Positions 1-11,879 of a stretch of 60,025 nucleotides of DNA are shown here, one piece after another. Both the position numbers and the translations under genes were made by a program. The stretch's first letter is position 1. Each line of letters opens with the position of its first letter. The stretch comes from Malacoraja senta (Eukaryota). The notes under the pieces are model-generated. The model was not told where the DNA came from and made no database searches. It saw only the letters and a list, made by a program, of their open reading frames with translations. The stretch is taken from contig JAXLNO010000096.1 of NCBI GenBank assembly GCA_038087875.1, positions 124,001 through 184,025 on the forward strand. The letters run 5' to 3'.

Positions 1-2080
1 TTACACTGCCAACCAAGTTAATTTTACATGGAAAACTTGGATGGGATGAGAGTATAACTCAAACATCCTCGCACCATTGGACAGAATGGTTAATGGACCT
101 CCATAAAATTTCAAAGTTTAAGGTGGATCGGTGCATCAAGCCTAAAAACTTTGGTAAGATCAGAAGTGCACAATTGCATCATTTTTCGGATGCCAGTGAA
201 AGTGGTTACGGGACTGTTTCATATTTAAGACTGCAAAATGTTAACAAAAGAGTGCATGTTGCATTCTTACTGGGAAAAGCCAGAGTGGCACCACTGAAAC
301 AAATGACGATTCCCAGAATGGACCTTACAGTAGCAGTCTTAGCTGTTAAAATTGACATAATGCTGCAAAAGGAACTACAATTTCAACTGGAAGAATCTAT
401 CTTCTGAACCGGTAGCACTACGGTTCTGATATACTTCAATAATGAAAACAAACGCTTTATGACATTTGTAGCAAATAGAGTCTCCTTTGTATTGGGAGCT
501 ACTAATGTTTCTCAATGGAGATATGTTAGCACCAAAGAAAATCCTGCGGACAAAGCCTCTAGAGGACTAACAGCAAATTGCTTTCTAAATAACAGGAGAT
601 GGATCAATGGGCCCAAGTTTCTTTGTGAACCAAGCAGAGAATGGCCAAAGCTTGAACTTGGATTTGAAATCTCTGTAAATGATCCGGAAATTAAACAAAA
701 CATTTCGGTGAATGTGATTGCTAAAGACTCATATGACACCGTGAACAATTTAATTACCCACTTTTCATCATGGAATACATTGATAACTTCGGTAGCCTGG
801 TTTCTTAAAATAAAAACAAGATTATTGCTGGTGGCTCGGGAAATGAGACAAATTACAGAGAGTATCCTGGGAGAGAATCCTGATAAACGGAAAGGAGAGA
901 TTGAAGGCCAGATGCAAGTTTTTGAAGCTTCATATGGCGTACAGGATTTACGTCTTGATGAAGTCCTCAAGGCGGAAAATGCGATCATCTCTTTCTGTCA
1001 AAGACAGAAATACAAAGAAGGAATATTAACATTGGAAGCTGGAGGACAGGGGGTAAAAAGAAACAGTCAATTGTACAAGCTCGACCCAGTCTGGGAGGAA
1101 GGTCTTCTGCGGATGGGTGGTCGCCTAAACAAATTGGCAATGCCCGTAAAAACTAAACGTCCTATCATTCTCTCCAAGGACTTTCACATATCATTATTAT
1201 TACGACATATTCATGAACAAGTTGGACATGGAGGAAGAAATTATATGTTATCCCAACTTGGTAAAAACTATTGGGTTATCAATGCTGACTCTGCAGCATC
1301 ACGAGGTTCTTGGTTGATGGGAAGAATACTAGAAATCATGCCTGACGTTCGGGGTTTGGTGCGTATGGTACATCTTAAAACAAAAAACTATGTTTTAATA
1401 AGACCAATAACCAAGTTGTGTTTGCTTCTAGAAGGCGAAGGTGAAGATGGAAGAGTCGATGAAGAGCCATGATTGCGGATATATAGTGCATGCTATTTTC
1501 TCCTCGTTAGTATCGTGTTTAGTATCCCTGCCTGTCACGCGTTAGACCGGGGTTCAATTTCCCGACGAGGAGCCACAGGGTTTAATTCCCTGACCGTTTG
1601 CTTTTGATATATGTATAGCCTTTATGGCCATTTTTAAAATGTTTATTAGTAATTGCCTCGTTAGATACTCGGAACAATTAGGAGCCGGTATGTAGTGGCC
1701 ATTTGGCCTGTTTTGCATGTCACTGATGATGGCATGTGCCTTTAAATTTTAGACTGCCCGTTGTATTGTGGGTGGGATTTATGACGTGTTTTAGGCGTGT
1801 TTGGAGCTTAGTTGCTTGCGCAGAAGTCTAGTTTTTAGATTAGTTTGGAGAGACGATGGTGAAGGTCAATCCTTCGACCATGTCAATGTTACGGAGACAC
1901 GAGGAGTTTTGTAATGTTTAAAGTTGCAAGTTGGAATTAAAGGAAGATTGCAGTAACGAGTCGGGAGTAACTTGGATGTATCTTGCTGTTTACAATCAAC
2001 AATAAAGCATTTATTCAACAAAAGACTGTGTTGAAGTTTTATGAGTGAAGAAGGTCTGAAGGTCTCTGAGGAAGCTTGCA
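1..2080 (+). mobile_element. BEL/Pao LTR retrotransposon 3' part: degenerate RNase H-integrase remnant, 3' UTR, PPT and 3' LTR (LTR starts TGTAG at 1691; right end approximate)
   Basis: Pao-type motifs LHHFSDASESGYG, GKARVAPLK..TIPR, FVANRV, NPAD.ASRG, GGRL, H..GHGG and RPITKLCLL. There is a stop at 407. The integrase core is deleted (NADSA joined directly to SRGSWLMGRI). Purine-rich AGGAGCCGGTA precedes TGT at 1691, and AATAAA lies at about 2001. Confidence 0.88.
1501..1575 (+). tRNA. tRNA-Asp(GTC)-derived sequence with encoded CCA, probably a pseudo-tRNA, inside the BEL 3' UTR
   Basis: TCCTCGTTAGTATCGTGTTTAGTATCCCTGCCTGTCACGCGTTAGACCGGGGTTCAATTTCCCGACGAGGAG+CCA aligns without gaps to vertebrate tRNA-Asp(GTC) as I recall it, with about 8-9 substitutions. 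The acceptor stem TCCTCGT/ACGAGGA is perfect. The D-loop GG, anticodon stem and B-box are damaged. Confidence 0.85.
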
Positions 2081-2171
2081 TGCGTATCGAAGATATTCCC
2101 CTTATCCATTCTCATCCAAATAGCGGCTAGAGAACTCGTTTCTCAAAAGATAAGAAAAATCTGCCGCTCCA

Positions 2172-2461
2172 CCGATGTTGGGGGAGTCCAGAACCAGGGG
2201 CCACTGTTTAAGAATAAGGGATAAGCCATTTAGAATGGAGACGATGAAACACTTTTTCTCAGAGAGTTGTGAGTCTGTGGAATTCTCTGCCTCAGGAGGC
2301 AGGTTCTCTGGATGCTTTCAAGAGAGAGCTAGATAGGACTCTTAAAGATAGCGGAGTCAGGGGATATGGGGAGAAGGCAGGAACGGGGTACTGATTGGGA
2401 ATGATCAGCCATGATCACATTGAATGGCGGTGCAGCCTACTCCTGCACCTATTGTCTATTG
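2172..2461 (+). mobile_element. CR1-type LINE 3' fragment
   Basis: Same 3' end as the many CR1 copies in the window, ending in a (CTATTGT)n tail. Confidence 0.85.
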
Positions 2462-3170
2462 TAGGATAACAAAGTAGTCGAAGTGTTTACAATACATTCG
2501 GCATTTCTGATCTGTTTAAATTCGGATGACATGACGTTGCATTTGGTTCCAGTGTCGATCTTTGCAACAGTAATGGTGTTGTTGACATGAAGTGAAACTT
2601 CAGGGTTGAGTTGCTTGTTAGTGGAAGCAACCAGGGAGTTTATGTTATGGCTGCTATCTTCATGCTCAGGGAGTAGAGCTGGAGGTAGCGCTGCTAAATC
2701 TTGGTTATTGCTATCAGCAGCTTCATGTTTTAACCAGTGTACGGACTGCCTTGGGAGTGATCGAATTCCACGAGTACTGCAACATTTTGAGAAATTATTT
2801 CTTCTTTTGCAAAAATGGCATGTTTTTCCGAGAGCAGAGCAAAGTTTGCGATCTGCAGGGTGGGAGCCGCTACAGTTAGAACACTTTCCAATAATCTTTG
2901 AGATTGTCAAGATGATGTGTGGGGTTGTGAGCGCTGGTTACGGTAGGAAGTGTCGATAGCGTCGACATGGTATGAGGAATGTGGTCCGGGTCCCAATGAC
3001 CTGGTGTGAGAGGTCATGATCTCATTAATACGACAAGCATGTTCAGCTCGGGCAAGTGTCAGTTCAGTATCACAAAGTAATTCATCGCATACTTTATCAC
3101 TGAGAATTCCACCCATAGGCTGTGGACCGAGCATCAAAAATGTGTCTAGAAATCCATTTTCGTGACCCAC
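2462..3170 (-). mobile_element. Ty3/Gypsy gag-protease fragment (degenerate)
   Basis: Gag-like GILSDKV.DELL...LTLARA, zinc knuckles CSNCSGSH...C.A.GKTCHFC...N.F.KCC and aspartic protease motif KIDTG(T)KCNV; frameshifted. Confidence 0.75.
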
Positions 3171-3434
3171 GTCACGGAACTACATGAAATTTTCCACAGA
3201 TTTAGATGAAATATAATTGAGAAGGATGTCATAACTCATTAGTGCCAAAGGTTGCACATTAATTAATTAAACGAATTAGAAAATGAAATCGGGGAAGTAA
3301 GCCATATAAATATGACTTGTAAATATGACTGTAATCATATATAATTAAGTATAATTATATCATATAAAAAATAATATGATGAATATAATTGTGTGTTTTT
3401 TTAATGACACTGTCGCAGACGTCCTGCTCCTGAA

Positions 3435-3780
3435 CCAGCCTAATTAATGGGTGAGGGCAGTTCTTGTGGGTTCCTCCCTTTACTGAACCCCACTGACTGC
3501 CAGTGTGCAGAGTGGGGGTCACGGTCATAGTGGGACTGGGGCAGTTCCAGGCTGGGGGACAGCCCTGCAAGGCATCTTCCAGTCGCTTTAATAGGAAATG
3601 TAATGAGACTGCAGCAGAGGTCCCAGGTTTTAAGGGCTCACGAACCTGCCTAATTAAAGGGTCAGGACAGATCCTCTGGGTTCCCCCGTTTACTGAACCC
3701 CACTGACTGCCATAGTGGGGAGAGTGGGGGTAACGGCCATAGTGGGACTGGGGCAGTACCAGGCTGGGTGACAGACCTGT
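3435..3780. repeat. Tandem duplication, about 210-bp period, 2 partial copies
   Basis: GCCTAATTAA..GGGTTCC..TTTACTGAACCCCACTGACTGCCA..ATAGTGGGACTGGGGCAGT occurs at about 3438 and about 3648. Confidence 0.75.
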
Positions 3781-3835
3781 AAGAGACCTGTCTTATTTCT
3801 GATGTAAATGCCACATCCTGACCAAGAATCGAATG

Positions 3836-4517
3836 ACCGGGTTTATTCCGCTCCCCTGTGTGTTTAGAACATTATTTACCTCAGTTTTACCCCAGACCGG
3901 GTTTATTCAAGATTCAAGAGAGTTTATTGTCGTGTGTCCCAGATAGGACAATGAAATTATTGCTTTGCTTCAGCACAAAAGAATATAGACGGCATGAATG
4001 CAGAACAGATCAGTGTGTCCATATACCATTGTATAAATATATACACACATGTATAAATAAAACAGATAAAGTGCAAATAAACTGATAATGGGCTATTATT
4101 GTTCAGAGTTTTGTTTGAGTTGAGTTCAATATCCTGATGGCTGTGAGGCTGTTTGTGTATTTTGTTCCCCTGTGTGTTTATAACATTATTTACCCCAGTT
4201 TTATCCCAGACCGGGTTTATTCCGCTCCCCTGTGTGTTTCTAACATTATTTACTGTTTTATACTGTATTATAACATTATTTACTGTCACTGTATGTCATG
4301 TTGTTACCTGTGGGCGGAGCACCATGGCAAATTCCTTGTATGTGAATACTTGGCCAATAAACTTACTTACTTTACCTCAGTTTTACCCCAGACAGGGTTT
4401 ATTTTGCTCCCCTGTGGGTTTATAACATTATTTACCCCAATTTTACCCCCAGACCGGGTTTATTCCGCTCCCCTGTGTGTTTATAACATTATTTACCTCA
4501 GTTTTACGCCAGACCTG
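3836..4517. repeat. Minisatellite units (about 58-64 bp) with embedded retroelement tail fragments; left flank of the ERV
   Basis: Unit CCGGGTTTATTCCGCTCCCCTGTGTGTTTATAACATTATTTACCCCAGTTTTA. The block is repeated at 9924-10600. Confidence 0.85.
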
Positions 4518-5300
4518 TGATAAGGCTGAATTAAGTTAAAAATATAAGACGATATTAAATTGGTTCCTGGGCTAGCTTACAGCTTATATTTAGTCTCAAA
4601 TTAGGCTTTTCTCCAGTAGAATAATACAGAAAGGCAAGTTAAGTTGCCTCAGGTTGCAGGGTATTGAGATAATGAATACTATAACATTTGTCTCCCAAGT
4701 GACGAGAGAGGAAGCAGAGAAGAAGCTAGTTTGATCTATTTGATATGTAAATGCCTTGTACCAATGTCCGATGTTTATCAGGGAGGAGGTGACGAGAGAG
4801 GGAACTAGTTTGATCCAAGGGATTTTGACAAATGGCTGAGGTATTTGATATGTAACATGCCTTGTATCAAATGTCCGATGTTTATGAGGGAGGAAGTGAT
4901 GAGAGAGGAAACTAGATTCATTAAGGGGCAATAACAAATGTCCAAGGCCGTTGAGATGAAATGTCCTTGTACCATATGACAAGACGCCTTTGATGTGACG
5001 AGACCACTCGGACTCATCATGAAGTATTGTTCTCTGTATCTCTGTATCTCTGACCATGACTAATGTTTGTGGAATGTGCTAAGGTGACAAAGAAACACTA
5101 TATAATACAATGTAATTCTGTTGTTCGTAGAAGGGGATGAGGACTGTGAAGTGTCTGCATTGCTCACTTGACTAGAGTTCTCGCTTCCTTCCATCGGCCG
5201 CTAATAAGTAAAGTTTTGAAATGGTCTACCAAACGTTTGTGTGTTGTCTGTTTATTAAGAAGCGAACCTGTTTAGTTTGTATAATAAGTAATTTTTTTCA
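4518..5300 (+). repeat. ERV 5' LTR (783 bp)
   Basis: TGATAAGG...TTTTCA; about 20 substitutions and one 8-bp indel versus the 3' LTR (manual count). It has internal U3 direct repeats (GTGACGAGAGAGG...ATGTCCGATGTTTAT) and a TATA-like CTATATAA near 5100. Confidence 0.95.
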
Positions 5301-5302
5301 TT

Positions 5303-5320
5303 TGGGGTAGTTATGCAGAC
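5303..5320 (+). promoter_or_regulatory. Putative degenerate primer-binding site (tRNA-Ser-like)
   Basis: TGGGGTAGTTATGCAG starts 2 nt after the LTR and resembles TGGCGTAGTCGGCAGG, the complement of the tRNA-Ser 3' end. Confidence 0.4.
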
Positions 5321-6189
5321 CTCGCTGGGACCCCATCAACAGCTGACTATGCAAGAGGTTGCAGAGGTTGCCGGGATTGGAAGGGAGATAAATGAGCTCT
5401 ATCGGCCCCCTTGTATGACCGACTCCCCTAGAAACTCCCGGGAACATCTGTGATCCTTCATCAGACGTTGAATTGGTTCCCTGCCAAGGTTCTTAGAAAC
5501 AGACAAAAGTAAGACCAATTGGGCTTTGTGTATGTATTTTTTAAGAAGGGATTGTGTATGTATTTTTAAGAAGGGCTGGTGTATGTATTTTTAAGAAGGG
5601 TTTGTGTATATCTTTAAGAAGGAATTGAGCAGTTTCTCTCCCTTTTTCTATCTCTATTTTTTTCTCTCTCTCTCTCTCTTTCTGTCTATCTCTCTCCTTG
5701 TTTTCGCTTTTTTTCTCTCTCTCTACAAAGGGCTCGTCGGCCTTGTAGAGACATCCGTAGTTTGACGGGTTGAGATACAGGGGACGAGGTGTGCGCCTGG
5801 CTTGTTGAGACATCCGAACAGTTGTCGTGTTGAGAAATAAGTGGCGCTGTTTTTTTAATAAGAGTTAAAAAGTCTGCCAGGTTGAGAAACTGGGGGTCTC
5901 GATTAGCGGGTCTGCTTAGTTGAGATACCTGGGACATTTATTTTTAAGGGATAAGGAGTCTGCCAAGTTTAGAAACTGGGGGGTCTCGATTAGCGGGTCT
6001 GCTTGGTTGAAATACTTGGGCGTTGTTTTTTAAAGAGTTAAGAAGTCTGCCAAGTTGAGAAACTGGGGTCTCGATTAGCGGGTCTGCCTGGTTGATATAT
6101 TTGGAATGGTTAAGAATTGAGAAGTCTGCTTTCTCTCTTTCTCTTTCTATCTTTCTCTTTATCTCTCTCTCTCTATCTATCTATGGGGA

Positions 6190-6800
6190 ATGCTCTGGAT
6201 AACAGTCCAACATATGTGTTATTTGAATCCTAAGTATAATAAGAAATTTAGAATGTTCAGTTACAAGTTGACCAAACGGTTAGGGGATGAAGCCTGGCTG
6301 GAGGGGGGCACATGGAATGTACAGACAATTAAAAAAGCAGCGATGTTGATATGGGAAAGGAATGCAGGAAAGAAATGGAAGAAAGGAATTAAAGCATGGA
6401 AAGCGGAAGCAGAGAAGAAGCATGAGGACAGTAGAGATCGAAGTTGCATGTAAGAAAGGGATAGAGTTAAGAAATAAGGATGGCACTAGGAAAGGATGGG
6501 AAGTATTGCAACTAGAATGCCAGTGGGCAGAGGAACAAGAGAAAAGAATTAAGAGACAGGCAGGACGTGAGAAACAGGTGATGGTTAGTAAAAATAAACC
6601 CAGTACTGGTAAATCCTCTGGAGGAGACTTCATGTCTGGCACGACGACCCTGTTTGTTAGTGAAGATGAGGAGTTAGATAATCTTGGGAGATGTCCACCT
6701 CCCTACGTCCTACCAGTAGCGATGGCATCCTTACCTGTGACAGCTCCGTCAGTAATATCCCTATACCTTGAAGTTCTGACCTTACAAAGCTCCCCAGGAT
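6190..6800 (+). pseudogene. gag: ERV gag N-terminal (matrix-like/late domain) remnant, frameshifted
   Basis: Lies after the leader; W-rich basic matrix-like segment and PPPY late domain (CPPPYVLP). Confidence 0.65.
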
Positions 6801-6819
6801 TGGGAGCACGGGAATGGCT

Positions 6820-8190
6820 TTCTGTGCGTTATTTGCTTAAGGCATTGATGATACCAGAACAGCTGACCATTATTAAATGTGCTGCACACACTGGTGCTGG
6901 GGACCCTATAACAAAAGGCAATGCATTTGCCGATAGTGTATCCAAACAAGCAGCCTGTAAATCCAAATGCTTAGTGACAGCAGGTAAACAGATACTAGCA
7001 AATAGAACGGTCCTGCCAAACATGAGGCAGGTATGTACATTACAGAGGGACGCCTCTCATATATAAAAATAACTATGGAAACAAGAGAGCTGTGCCATTG
7101 ATTCGGCTCACCCCGCTTGGACTAGTTGGTGTATACGATGCATTTTTACCCGTCTGACTAACATATATTCACTCTCTGCTGGTAAGGAGGGAATGATAAG
7201 GAAACGTGGTGGCACCCGAAAATTCGGCAAGAGCCACTGAAGCAGGCCTCTGAATGTAAAGTTTGCCAACAAAGTAATCCAGGCAAACCAATTAAGATAC
7301 CCTCCGGGGTGATGCCAATGCCATCACTACCGTTTGAATGCATACAGATTGATTTTATTGAAATGCCAAGGGCCCAGTGTTATAAATATTGCTTAGTAAT
7401 TTTAGATTTATTTAGCAGGTGGATTGAAGCTCTACCAACCACTAATAATACTGCTGAGACTACAGTAACATTGTTGTTAAGAGATGTTATTCCTAGGTTT
7501 GGCCTACCTACTGTCATAAGCTCGGACAATGGTCCCCATTTTATTGCCATTATTAATAAGGAACTATATGCACATTTTAAGATCCGGCAGCAATTTCACT
7601 GTGTACACCACCCACAGGCATCCGGTATGGTGGAAAGAGCCAATGGGGCATTGAAAAACAAAATTACCAAGCTGATGGGAGAAATGGGACAGACATGGAT
7701 TAAAGTATTACCCTTAACATTATTTGAAATGAGGGTAACTCCCCACAGTGTTACAAAGTTATCCCCAGCAGAAAGTATCTACGGTAAACCTCTACGAACC
7801 CCCTGGGGAGCAAGCATTACTCATGAAGGAACCTTAGATTTACACGCATTAAATGATGAAATAATTACCTATGGTCAATGACTCACCCATATTCTGTCAG
7901 CATTGAATTTACAGGTAAAGGAGTCCCAGAGGCCGCTACCTGATGCTGACCAGCGCGAAATAGTCCAACCAGGGGACTACGTACTTATTAGAAATTGGGA
8001 CCGCAAGAAACTCGACCCCCGTTGGAACGGACCATACCAGGTGCTGCTGAGTACACCAACAGCAATGAAGGTTGAAAACCATCCAAGTTGGATACATCTC
8101 TCCGACTGCAAAAAGATTGGATACAAGGATGGCACGAGTGATGCTCACTCTACTGACGGTCCTAACCATGGCCAGGGTAACATGGACTAA
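6820..8190 (+). pseudogene. pol: ERV pol remnant: RNase H C-terminus and integrase; PR/RT deleted
   Basis: IIKCAAHT...KGNAFAD (RNase H end); integrase PFECIQIDFIEM, LVILDLFSRWIEA, SSDNGPHF, HHPQASGMVERANG; C-terminal PGDYVLI..W.GPYQVLL.TPTA..WIH; internal stops. Confidence 0.93.
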
Positions 8191-9117
8191 TACATATCTG
8201 GCTATGAGCCATGAGTTTGCCGTACGGGCAAATGGGACTGAATGTTGGGTATGCACCGGTGTTCCGACTAGCAGTAAGGAAGGAATTCCCTTGGTCCCCA
8301 TTCCATTAAACCTTACCGAGAGACTAGCGATGAGGTGCTTCAGTAAAAGGCGTAAAAAACGTCCTGTCTAAAAATGATACGGATAACAAATACCAAAAAT
8401 GAAACAATAAACATCACCTATGGAGGGCCGAAATACAATAACTTTGAAGGGTGGTACACCCCTCCCTTTAAACGAGATTGGAAAGTGAACGTGACAAATG
8501 CAGCAGATATACCCCGACTACAGATAGTAAGAGATTCGCACAGGCCAGTTAATACTACCTGTTTTTGCCACCACCAAGGCACAGGTGTATTCTTGGGAAA
8601 CAGTACTTGTATGTCAACTCAGGCAGCCACCATTATCGGCCCACCACGACCAGTTAATGGCACATATTACTAATTACTATGGCCTCCGCTTTAGAGACAC
8701 TTGCTAATGCCACTGCCGTCTCCTTGAGTGCAAGCCAGGGGAAGCTAGAAGGGGTGACAGCTGAGATGGTAGCTATGAGGACCGTAGTATTACAAAACAG
8801 AATGGCCTTAGATTTTATCCTGGCAGAAAAAGGAGGGACATGTGCAATAATAGGTCGAGAATGTTGCACTTTTATTCCCGATGCTTCCTCCAACATTACC
8901 AACTTGGCTGCCCATATCAGAATGGAAGTAGCTAAAATAAGGAAGGTATTCCTTATTCCATGATTATAGCTTCTGGGGAGGTTGGTGGCCATTTAATATG
9001 TTTGGAAGGACTTGGGGAACGATTGTCCACTATGGATTGATTGTATTACTAGTTGTACTATTAATTTGTCTGATAAGATGCTTATGGTCTTTCGTATGTA
9101 CTCGGCAAGGACTGTAG
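8129..9117 (+). pseudogene. env: ERV env remnant (gamma-type SU/TM), deleted and frameshifted
   Basis: Signal MARVMLTLLTVLT, SU CWVC, immunosuppressive domain LQNRMALDFILAEKGGTC followed by CX6CC (CAIIGRECC), and a TM segment GLIVLLVVLLICLIRC in a shifted frame ending TAG at 9117. Confidence 0.9.
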
Positions 9118-9148
9118 TTGTTATCAAAATGTTGATAAAAGGATGGAA

Positions 9149-9923
9149 TGATAAGGCTGAATTAAGTTAAAAATATAAGATGATATTAAATTGGTTCCTG
9201 GGCTAGCTTACAGCTTATATTTAGTCTCAAATTAGGCTTTTCTCCAGTAGAATAATACAGAAAGGCAAGTTAAGTTGCCTCAGGTTGCAGGGTATTGAGA
9301 TAATGAATACTATAACATTTGTCTCCCAAGTGACGAGAGAGGAAGCAGATAAGAAGCTAGTTTGATCTATTTGATATGTAAATGCCTTGTACCAATGTCC
9401 GATGTTTATGAGGGAGGAGGTGACGAGAGAGGGAACTAGTTTGATCCAAGGGATTTTGACAAATGGCTGAGGTATTTGATATGTAACATGCCTTGTACCA
9501 AATGTCCGATGTTTATGAGGGAGGAAGTGATGAGAGAGGAAACTGGATTCATTAAGGGGCAATAACAAATGTCCGAGGGCTTTGAGATGAAATGTCCTTG
9601 TACCATATGACAAGATGGCTTTGATGTGACGAGACCACTCGGGCTCATCCTGAAGTATTGTTCTCTGTATCTCTGACCATGACTAATGTTTGTGGAGTGT
9701 GCTAAGGTGACAAAGAAACACTATATAATACGATGTAATTCTGTTGTTCGTAGAAGGGGATGAGGACTCTGAAGTGTCTGCATTACTCACTTGACTAGAG
9801 TTCTCGCTTCCTTCCATCGGCCGATAATAAGTAAAGTTTTGAACTGGTCTACCAAACGTTTGTGTGTTGTCTGTTTATTAAGAAGCGAACCTGTTTAGTT
9901 GGTATAATAAGTAACCTTTTTCA
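9149..9923 (+). repeat. ERV 3' LTR (775 bp)
   Basis: Direct repeat of 4518-5300, preceded by the PPT and followed by CCGG. Confidence 0.95.
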
Positions 9924-11145
9924 CCGGGTTTATTCAAGATTCAAGAGTTTATTGTCGTGTGTCCCAGATAGGACAATGAAATTCTTGCTTTGCTTCAGCA
10001 CAAAATAATATAGACGGCATGAATACAGAACAGATCAGTGTGTCCATATACCATTGTATAAATATATACAAACATGTATAAATAAAACAGATAAAGTGCA
10101 AATAAACTGATAATGGGCTATTAATGATCAGAGTTTTGTTTGAGTTGAGTTCAATATCCTGATGGCTGTGAGGCTGTTTGTGTATTTTGTTCCCCTGTGT
10201 GTTTATAACATTATTTACCCCAGTTTTACCCCAGACCGGGTTTATTCCGCTCCCCTGTGTGCTTTAAATATTATTTACTGTATTATAACATTATTAACTG
10301 TCACTGTATAATAATAATAATAATAGATTTTATTTATATAGGGCTTTTCAGGACTCAAAGTCGCTTTACAATTGAGAGTCAGGAATAAACAAAACAAAAT
10401 AGACCAGTAAGACGTAGGGGAGGGGAACATGGGACTAAGGGTATGCAGAGGTGAAGAGATGGGTCTTGAGGTGGGACTGGAAGACCCGTATGTCATGTTG
10501 GAACTGTATGTCATGTTGTTACTTGTGGGCGGAGCACCAAGGCAAATTCCTTGTATGTGAATGCTTGGCCAATAAACTTACTTACTATACCTCAGTTGTA
10601 CCGGGTTTATTCCGCTCCCCTGTGTGTTTATAACATTATTTACCCCAGATTTAACGGGTTTATTCCGCTCACCTGTGTGTTTATAACATTATTTACCCCA
10701 GATTTACCGGGTTTATTCCGCTCCCCTGTGTGTTTATAACATTATTTACCCCAGTTTTACCGGGCATATTCCGCTCCCCTGTGTGTTTATAACATTATTT
10801 ACCCGTTTTACCAGGTTTATTCCACTCCCCTGTGTGTTTATAACATTATTTACCCCAGATTTACCAGGTTTATTCCACTCCCGTGTGTTTATAACATTAT
10901 TTACCCCAGTTTTACCAGGTTTATTCCACTCCCCTGTGTGTTTATAACATTATTTACCCCAGTTTTACCAGGTTTATTCCGCTCCCCTGTGTGTTTATAA
11001 CATTATTAACCCCAGATTTACCAGGTTTATTCCGCTCCCCCGTGTGTTTATAACATTATTTACCCCAGATTTACCGGGTTTATTCCACTCCCCTGTGTGT
11101 TTATAACATTATTTACCGCAGATTTACCAGGTTTATTCCCCCAGA
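9924..11145. repeat. Duplicate of the left-flank block followed by a 56-58-bp minisatellite (about 9 tandem units, 10600-11140)
   Basis: Repeated CC(A/G)GGTTTATTCC(G/A)CTCCCCTGTGTGTTTATAACATTATTTACCCCAG(A/T)TTTA. Confidence 0.9.
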
Positions 11146-11459
11146 CGTGCAGCTTATGTGGTGATTTATTGATTATTTACAGAGAGGGGGGGTTGGGAGC
11201 CAGAGAGAGGGAGATGTTTATTTATAAGGTGTTTTATCTCAGGACGCTGCTCCAGACGGTGAGTTTATATAATTGACCCCAGTTTGACCAGTTTGATTCC
11301 CCCAGACGTGGTTTATGTGGAGATTGCCCTCAGCTCTCTCTCTCTCTCTCCCCCACACACATGTCCACACACGTGACTGTACCGGCCTGTACTGTACTGT
11401 ACTGTACTGTACTGTGTGTGGTCATTGACCTCACTCACCCACTCACTTCTCCCTCACGT

Positions 11460-11760
11460 GACCCGATCCCGCACAATCCGCTGCAGCCGCTGATCATCAG
11501 TTAGTTATTTATTTACCTCAGGTCCGTCGGCAGCGACGTCACCAACTGACGCTTCTCCGCCCGCCCGCGCGCCGCCATTTTCATGCGGTCGACGGGCAGA
11601 CTCTGCCCGTGGGGGGCGGGACCGGAGGGCGGCCATCTTGGTGAGGGCAGGGGAGGTCGGCAGCCGGCGGCCATCTTGGTGAGGGCAGGCGATATCGACG
11701 GTTGGCGGTTGGGGCTTTGGGCGGGAACAAGATGAAGATGAAACCGGCGCCGAGACCCAG
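11460..11760 (-). promoter_or_regulatory. CpG-island promoter of a minus-strand gene
   Basis: CpG-rich stretch with three YY1-type motifs (GCCGCCATTTT about 11571, GCGGCCATCTTGG about 11629 and 11667), a GC box GGGGCGGG, a CRE-like GACGTCA and a 19-bp palindrome ACGGGCAGACTCTGCCCGT. Confidence 0.7.
11517..11584 (-). CDS. Putative first exon of an unidentified gene (MKMAARGRAEKRQLVTSLPTDL...), could be non-coding
   Basis: ATGAAAATGGCGGCG in strong Kozak/YY1 context, followed by donor GAG|GTAAAT at 11516. Confidence 0.45.
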
Positions 11761-11879
11761 GACCCTGGTGACAGAAAGATGGAGAGAGAGAGATGGAGGG
11801 AGATCAAATAGAACAAGTTGTCCAACAACTTTAGGCTGTGCACGCCACACGAAAGAAGAAGAAGGGAGAGAAAGGCTGT

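Larger units (their letters stand above)
4518..9923 (+). mobile_element. Endogenous retrovirus provirus (class I, gamma/epsilon-like env), internally deleted and defective
   Basis: Paired TG...CA LTRs, a PBS-like TGG motif at 5303, PPT AAAAGGATGGAA before 9149, and a 4-bp TSD CCTG/CCGG (1 mismatch). Gag, RNase H, integrase and env remnants are in order. Confidence 0.95.

Noticed and set aside
4596..5057. Antisense ORFs repeated in both LTRs
   Set aside because: They arise from U3 direct repeats and have no recognisable protein motif.
10600..11140. CRISPR-like regular repeat array
   Set aside because: Units are head-to-tail with no unique spacers and no cas genes, in a eukaryotic context; it is a minisatellite.
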